A stretch of DNA of 64,000 nucleotides from Acidimicrobiia bacterium (GTDB lineage: Bacteria; Actinomycetota; Acidimicrobiia; Spongiisociales; UBA5794), in contig JASJAS010000002.1 in assembly GCA_030066875.1 (NCBI GenBank), positions 212-64,211 on the forward strand, written 5' to 3'. The notes below the pieces were generated by a model. The model saw only the letters and a program-made list of their open reading frames with translations. It was not told the origin of the DNA and did no database searches. Below, piece by piece: positions 59,280-64,000 of the stretch; within the stretch, counting starts at the first letter, position 1; the number at the start of each line of letters is the position of its first letter. The position numbers and the translations under genes were made by a program.

Positions 59280-60727
59280 GCGGATGGGAAGCGGTGATCG
59301 GGATCGAGACCCATGTGGAGCTGCAAACCCGGTCGAAGATGTTCTGCGGGTGCGCCGTCGACTTTGGAGCCGAACCCAACACAACGGTCTGTCCTGTCTG
59401 TCTAGCGCTTCCCGGGGCGCTCCCGGTGCCAAACCAGGAAGCCATCGAAGGCATCCTCAGCATCGGTGCGGCGTTCGAGTGTGAGCTCGTTACGGACTCG
59501 CTCTTTCACCGAAAGAACTACTTCTACCCGGACCTTCCCAAGAACTACCAGATCTCGCAGTATGACGTGCCGCTTTGTGTCAACGGGCATCTCGACGTCG
59601 AGGTCGAGGGCGAGGAGCACCGTATCGGGATCACGCGCGTCCACATGGAGGAGGACACGGGCAAGAGCTTGCACGGGAGCGAAACCGGTCGCATCCACGA
59701 CGCTGAGTACTCGCTGCTCGACTTCAATCGGTCAGGCGTGCCACTGGTGGAGATCGTGAGCGAGCCCGATATCCGCAGCCCCGAGCAGGCCAGGGCGTAT
59801 GCCGCTGAGCTGCAACGGGTGGTGCGCAGTCTCGGTGTCTCGGATGTGAGGCTCGAGGAGGGCAGTGTCCGGTTCGACGCAAACATCTCCGTGCGACCGG
59901 TTGGTCAGGCCGAGTACGGGACTCGTGCGGAGGTCAAGAACATGAACTCACTTCGCTCGTTGCAGCGTGCCGTCGCATACGAAATCGAAAGACAGATCGC
60001 CGTCATCGAAGGCGGCGGCGAGATTGTCCAGGAGACCCGCCACTGGGATGAGGGATCGGGCAAGACGTCGTCGATGCGCTCTAAGGAGGAATCCGAGGAT
60101 TACCGCTACTTCCAGGAGCCCGATCTCGTACCACTGCATGTCGATGACGAATGGCGGGAGCGGGTTGTCGCGGGCTTGCCCGAGCTTCCTGCGGTCCGGC
60201 GGCACCGCATCGCAGAGTCAGGAGTGGACCGCCAGGCGGCCGCAGTGATGGTCGAGGCCGGAGACCTCGCCGACTTGTTCGACGATGCGGTGGCCGGTGG
60301 CGCCGACCCGCGCACGGTCGGCAACTGGCTGTCTGGTGACGTGGTTGCGTATCTACGGAGGAACGACACCACGTTGCAGGAAACCCACTTGAGCGGCGCC
60401 CATCTACAGGAACTGGCCGAGATGGTACGGGAGGGGGCGTTGTCGAGCACGGCTGCCAAGGACGTGTTGGGAAGGGTGCTGCAAGGCGAAGGTACTCCTG
60501 CTGCACTAGCGGCGAAACACGACTTGATCCAGATATCGGACAGCGGGGAGCTCGAGGCCGAGGTGGACGCCGTCCTTGCTGCCAACGTCGATGTCCTCGG
60601 GAAGATCCGGGGCGGCGACATGAAGCCGATCGGGTTCCTCGTCGGGCAGGTCATGAAAGCAACTCGGGGAAAAGCCGATCCCAAGGTCGTCTCCGAGCTG
60701 ATCCGTACCAAGGCAGCCGAAGGGTGA
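59276..60727 (+). CDS. gatB: Asp/Glu-tRNA amidotransferase subunit B.
   Basis: ATG 59276 (ATGA overlap). '[13 protein letters not shown]' and '[16 protein letters not shown]'. Confidence 0.9.
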   Translation: MSGWEAVIGIETHVELQTRSKMFCGCAVDFGAEPNTTVCPVCLALPGALPVPNQEAIEGILSIGAAFECELVTDSLFHRKNYFYPDLPKNYQISQYDVPLCVNGHLDVEVEGEEHRIGITRVHMEEDTGKSLHGSETGRIHDAEYSLLDFNRSGVPLVEIVSEPDIRSPEQARAYAAELQRVVRSLGVSDVRLEEGSVRFDANISVRPVGQAEYGTRAEVKNMNSLRSLQRAVAYEIERQIAVIEGGGEIVQETRHWDEGSGKTSSMRSKEESEDYRYFQEPDLVPLHVDDEWRERVVAGLPELPAVRRHRIAESGVDRQAAAVMVEAGDLADLFDDAVAGGADPRTVGNWLSGDVVAYLRRNDTTLQETHLSGAHLQELAEMVREGALSSTAAKDVLGRVLQGEGTPAALAAKHDLIQISDSGELEAEVDAVLAANVDVLGKIRGGDMKPIGFLVGQVMKATRGKADPKVVSELIRTKAAEG

Positions 60728-61191
60728 CCGATGAGCAGCGGCCGCGGAGCCCGACCGTGGTGTGCATCGCGGAGCGAGTTCTCGAGGCCGATCCTGCGCA
60801 GATCTGGACGCTTGTAGCCGATCCGGGCCGGGTCGGAGAATGGGCCGCGGTCGAGACCGTCGGCTTCATGGGATCCGAACTGCCGAAGACCGGACATGTC
60901 GTCTTTGTTCGCACCCGACGCTGGCAAAGACCTTCTAGGGCGCGGCGCATCGAGGTGGAGCAGTGGGAAGCCGGTTCGCGCTATCGGTGCAAGCTGCAGC
61001 CGACCCGTCTTGTCAAAGCAGCAAGCTTCGATGTTGAAGTCCACCCAGAAGTAACCAGTGGCGGGGTGGCCACCAGGGTCAAGTTGACCCAGCGAGTGGA
61101 GGCACCCACTGCGGCCGCAGGCATCCTCCGTTGGTACTTCGATCGCAGGTTGGAAACGACGCTCGATCGCATCGAGCGGACCTCGCGGTGA
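60724..61191 (+). CDS. SRPBCC-superfamily (polyketide cyclase/dehydrase-like) protein.
   Basis: 'ADPAQIWTLVADPGRVGEWA' is typical of the SRPBCC N-terminus. GTGA coupling to gatB. Confidence 0.6.
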   Translation: MTDEQRPRSPTVVCIAERVLEADPAQIWTLVADPGRVGEWAAVETVGFMGSELPKTGHVVFVRTRRWQRPSRARRIEVEQWEAGSRYRCKLQPTRLVKAASFDVEVHPEVTSGGVATRVKLTQRVEAPTAAAGILRWYFDRRLETTLDRIERTSR

Positions 61192-61820
61192 ACGGCGTCG
61201 TTTTCGACTTCGACGGTGTGCTCGCCGACAGCGAGTCGCTCTCCTGGAACGCGTGGCGCACCGTATTGCGTCGTTGCGGTGTCGATATGTCGGATGCCGA
61301 TCTGGTGGCGTGCCTCGGGACCAACAGCCGGGATACGTATGCCCACTTTGCGGGGCGCGGCGCCCTGCCGCCCTATGAGGAGGTCCTGGGCGCTGTTGAC
61401 GAGTTCCGGCGGTGTCGCTACCCCAGCGAGCTGCAAGGGTTTGCCGATGCCATCAACGCAGCACAAGCATTGTCCATGGTCGGAGTCCCACTCGCAGTGG
61501 CCACGTCGAGTTCTCGGCAGAACCTCGACCTCAAACTCGACGTGCTGGGGCTGGGTCGCTACTTCGACGCCACAGTGGCCGGCGACGAGGTACCTAGAGG
61601 CAAGCCTGCGCCCGATTTGTACTTTGAGGCGGTGCGTCGGGCAGGCATCGACGCCGGCACCTCGGTGGCCGTAGAGGACACGCGGGTCGGCGCCGATGCT
61701 GCTGCTGCGGCGGGCCTCCGAGTCGTGATCGTCAATCGCATGGGACTGAACACCGGGATGCACCCGACAGTCTCGGAGGTCGACCCCGACCTGCTGCTTC
61801 TCTGGCTCGGGCGGACCTGA
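61188..61820 (+). CDS. HAD-superfamily hydrolase (beta-phosphoglucomutase-like subfamily IA).
   Basis: GTG 61188 (GTGA overlap). Motif I 'VVFDFDGVLADSE'. 'VATSS' and 'EDTRVGADAA'. Confidence 0.8.
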   Translation: MNGVVFDFDGVLADSESLSWNAWRTVLRRCGVDMSDADLVACLGTNSRDTYAHFAGRGALPPYEEVLGAVDEFRRCRYPSELQGFADAINAAQALSMVGVPLAVATSSSRQNLDLKLDVLGLGRYFDATVAGDEVPRGKPAPDLYFEAVRRAGIDAGTSVAVEDTRVGADAAAAAGLRVVIVNRMGLNTGMHPTVSEVDPDLLLLWLGRT

Positions 61821-61865
61821 GCCCGAGTACCCGGGCTTGACGGGGTTCCGGGTTAAGGTGCTCCG

Positions 61866-62204
61866 ATGAACACCACACTGCTTGCCCAGGTGGACATCGA
61901 CGAGCTGCCGCCGGAGGTGGTCGACTCGCTGCCCGACGATATCGTTCAGCAACTCAAGGATGGCGTCCTCGACGCCATACCGGAAGACATCGTCGACTCG
62001 TTGCCGAGTGCGGTTCAGGACAAGATCCCTGAGGGCTTGCTCGAAGCCGCTTCCTCGAATCCCACGTTCACCAAGGTGTTGCTGGTGATCGGCGTCATCG
62101 CAGTGATCGGGTTCATCTTCGGGGTCGTCAAGAGCGCCATCAAGTGGATGATCTACAGCGCAATTGTCGGTGTCGCCGCTTGGTACTTCTTCTTTCAGCA
62201 GTAG
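61866..62204 (+). CDS. Small membrane protein with an acidic repeat N-terminus, hypothetical.
   Basis: Short repeats of the 'LPxxhhDS / IPEDIVDS' type are followed by two TM helices ('VLLVIGVIAVIGFIFGVV' and 'MIYSAIVGVAAWYFFF'). Confidence 0.5.
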   Translation: MNTTLLAQVDIDELPPEVVDSLPDDIVQQLKDGVLDAIPEDIVDSLPSAVQDKIPEGLLEAASSNPTFTKVLLVIGVIAVIGFIFGVVKSAIKWMIYSAIVGVAAWYFFFQQ

Positions 62205-62205
62205 A

Positions 62206-62655
62206 TCAAAGTAGCGCGACCGCGATCCATCCCACGGCCAGCCCGTAGAGACCGGCGACGACATCGTCTGCGGTGATGCCAAAGGCTCCCGGGAGGCGTT
62301 CGGCCTGGGGAACCCCTGGAAGGACCTTGAAGATGTCACCCAAGCGGGCGACAACCAGGGCGACCAGCCACGGCAACCCTTGCAGCCCGATGAACGCGAC
62401 CAAAGTACCGGCGACCTCGTCGATCACTACCCAACCGGGGTCCGAGTGCTTTCCCGCAAAAGGGGCCGCGGCCCACAACGACAGACCGATTGCAGCGGCG
62501 GCTACGAGCAGATCCACCCACCATGGAGCACTCCACAGAGCGAGACCGATGAGCGCCGCCAGCGCGGCACCGAACGTCCCGGCGCCGTTGTCGGTCTTGA
62601 AGGCGCGTTGCGGGATCAATCCAACGCCGAACCCGGTTGCGACTAGCCGTTGCAC
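62206..62655 (-). CDS. pgpA: Phosphatidylglycerophosphatase A.
   Basis: 'GFGVGLIP...GAGTFGAALAALIGL' and 'DPGWVVIDEVAG' are PgpA motifs. Confidence 0.75.
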   Translation of the reverse strand: MQRLVATGFGVGLIPQRAFKTDNGAGTFGAALAALIGLALWSAPWWVDLLVAAAAIGLSLWAAAPFAGKHSDPGWVVIDEVAGTLVAFIGLQGLPWLVALVVARLGDIFKVLPGVPQAERLPGAFGITADDVVAGLYGLAVGWIAVALL

Positions 62656-62672
62656 TGGGTGGAGGGTACCGG

Positions 62673-63254
62673 CTATCTCCCTGTGGCCCGTTGCATGATC
62701 TCAGCGATGACCTCCGATTTGGCGTCGGCGTAGTTCTGCACGTATACCCACGTGCGAGCGGCGAGGTCTCGCTTGGTCGCTGCGTACAGCTGCCGATCAG
62801 CGTCGTTGCGGCGCAAGTGGTCACGGAATACGATCATTCGGTCGATTTCCTCTTCCCCCTCACTGAAAACGTGAAGGTTGATGTCCGAATCAGGCCCTTT
62901 GAGCACCCGGTGTTCCAGCCAATCCGGTTCTCGTATTCGCAGCAGATACCCGGCTGCCTCGAGTGGTGCCACGTAGGCGGCCTCGTCGGCAGAATCGCTG
63001 ACCGCCATCACGAGGTCGATCCGGGGCTTCGCCGGCAGACCGGGCACCGCAGTCGAGCCGACGTGCTCGAGGAGCAGAACCCGTTCCCGGAGCAGACCAC
63101 GAATTCGCTCAGCTTCACGATCGAACAGCATCGGCCACGAAGGATCGGGGTCGGCTAGGTGAATCGGGCCGTCGATCCGTTCGAGTTCGCCGACAGTGAT
63201 CGCGGCGAGCTGGTCATCGCTCATCGACCCTGCCGATTGGTCACCGCCGGTCAT
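62673..63254 (-). CDS. GrpB-family (UPF0157) protein.
   Basis: 'LLEHVGSTAVPGLPAKPRIDL' and 'NLHVF' are GrpB hallmarks. Confidence 0.75.
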   Translation of the reverse strand: MTGGDQSAGSMSDDQLAAITVGELERIDGPIHLADPDPSWPMLFDREAERIRGLLRERVLLLEHVGSTAVPGLPAKPRIDLVMAVSDSADEAAYVAPLEAAGYLLRIREPDWLEHRVLKGPDSDINLHVFSEGEEEIDRMIVFRDHLRRNDADRQLYAATKRDLAARTWVYVQNYADAKSEVIAEIMQRATGR

Positions 63255-63257
63255 TCG

Positions 63258-63587
63258 CTACTTCGCCGGAAGGCTCTCCGCAAAAGACACCCCGCGATCG
63301 ATCCAAGCCCTCAGGTCGTCATCGGTGGACCAACCCGCGGTGGATACCAGCAGCCAGCCCTTCATCGGCCGGCCGGTCATGTCGAACAGACGCGCCCCTG
63401 GCAGTTGGATTGCCTCGTCGTGGGCATCCTTGCCGACCCGCACCATGAGTTCGTCACCGCTGACACCAACGGCCATGTTGCCGTTGACCATGAAAGCGAT
63501 GCCTCCAAACATTTCGCGCTCGGTGACACCCGGGTGCGACCCAATCTCGGCTCGGATGTCGTCGGCGAGATGCTCGTTGTATGCCAT
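63258..63587 (-). CDS. TfoX N-terminal-domain protein.
   Basis: 'REMFGGIAFMVNGNMAVGV' and 'MKGWLLV' are TfoX_N-like. Confidence 0.65.
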   Translation of the reverse strand: MAYNEHLADDIRAEIGSHPGVTEREMFGGIAFMVNGNMAVGVSGDELMVRVGKDAHDEAIQLPGARLFDMTGRPMKGWLLVSTAGWSTDDDLRAWIDRGVSFAESLPAK

Positions 63588-63672
63588 GACGGAAGTCTAC
63601 GCAGCGACCGTCGTCGCCAGCACGCCATCGCCGGATCGAGGGATAGAGTGCCGGGAACACAGAGAGGAACAA

Positions 63673-64000
63673 ATGCGCCCCGAACAGCTCGGCGAGATAG
63701 CGATTCCATCCGATCCCCGCCTCCATCCCGACAGGGAGCGGATCGTGTTCGTCGTGACGCGCCTCGACCTGGAGGACGACGAGTACAAGAACCGGATCTG
63801 GGTCTGGGATGATGTCCAGGCGCGGCCGCTCACCGCCGGTCCGGCCGACACCTCTCCTCGCTGGTCGCCTGATGGTTCGAGGCTTGCCTTCCTCCGCAAG
63901 GGCCCCGGGGACGACGACAAGCCGCAACTAGCCATCCTCGACATGGCCGGGGGGGAGGCTGAGGTCGTTACAGACTTCCAGCTGGGTGTGCTCGAAGCGG
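63673..64000 (+). CDS. S9-family peptidase (acylaminoacyl/prolyl oligopeptidase-like), 3'-truncated by the window end.
   Basis: ATG 63673 follows a GAGAGGA RBS. The frame stays open to the window end, so it is not in the track. 'SPRWSPDGSRLAF' is a beta-propeller blade motif. Confidence 0.6.
   Translation, partial: MRPEQLGEIAIPSDPRLHPDRERIVFVVTRLDLEDDEYKNRIWVWDDVQARPLTAGPADTSPRWSPDGSRLAFLRKGPGDDDKPQLAILDMAGGEAEVVTDFQLGVLEA

Noticed and set aside
60981-62354. A 457-aa minus-strand ORF spanning the SRPBCC, HAD and small-membrane-protein genes and running into pgpA.
   Set aside because: It overlaps four well-supported genes, has low-complexity Arg/Asp-rich composition, and shows no motifs. I treat it as an artefact.

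Overview
The window is GC-rich with strong third-position GC bias and very dense coding. I found no rRNA, tRNA, CRISPR array, IS element or integrase. The gene content and local synteny (iscS-mnmA-ligA ... gatCAB, korAB, meaB, nickel SOD) fit a high-GC actinobacterial chromosome, possibly Acidimicrobiia-like; that lineage guess is inference only. About 68 CDS can be supported. Many long ORFs in the six-frame track are antisense or shadow artefacts of GC-rich coding DNA and are not called.

Gene content by region:
- 1-7 kb: cell-envelope genes. Two adjacent secreted proteins, one FG-GAP-like and one SpoIID, each end in three Cys-containing SLH-like repeats. A nucleotide-sugar dehydrogenase, a GT4 and a GT2 follow.
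- 7.5-10.4 kb: korAB.
- 14.5-15.5 kb: a divergent sodX/sodN nickel-SOD pair.
- 15.6-20.4 kb: a CUT2-type sugar ABC transporter with a ROK regulator.
- 20.4-25.3 kb: a secreted PAP2/vanadium-haloperoxidase-like protein, a CRTAC1-like protein and an M24-fold protein.
- 25.4-32.5 kb: a DUF3179 lipoprotein gene, murJ, and a 2-ATPase/2-permease ABC-2 operon.
- 32.6-38.0 kb: a nine-gene bacterial microcompartment (BMC) operon.
- 38-64 kb: housekeeping genes: pgl, rpiB, murA, a second SpoIID, meaB, iscS-like, mnmA, ligA, dapCDE, gatCAB, pgpA and others.

Two things deserve the most attention:
1. The DUF3179 gene (25409..26512, minus) is one continuous frame broken by a single TGA. The TGA sits at the first Cys of the family's CPxC motif. 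A SECIS-like hairpin with a GGUC-containing loop follows 13 nt downstream. This makes it a candidate UxxC selenoprotein; the alternative is a simple nonsense pseudogene.
2. The BMC operon is of the sugar-phosphate-utilisation (SPU) type. It encodes an RpiB-like isomerase, DeoC aldolase and an acylating aldehyde dehydrogenase, and all three carry N-terminal encapsulation-peptide-like helices. The shell set is 1 BMC-H, 2 BMC-T and 3 BMC-P. No phosphotransacylase or alcohol dehydrogenase is present. The encapsulated RpiB paralog has its catalytic Cys replaced by Asp.

Smaller observations are active-site substitutions in NiSOD (Ni-hook Pro5 to Phe), in a Nudix/His-phosphatase fusion (RHG to RNG) and in an alpha/beta hydrolase (nucleophile Ser to Gly).
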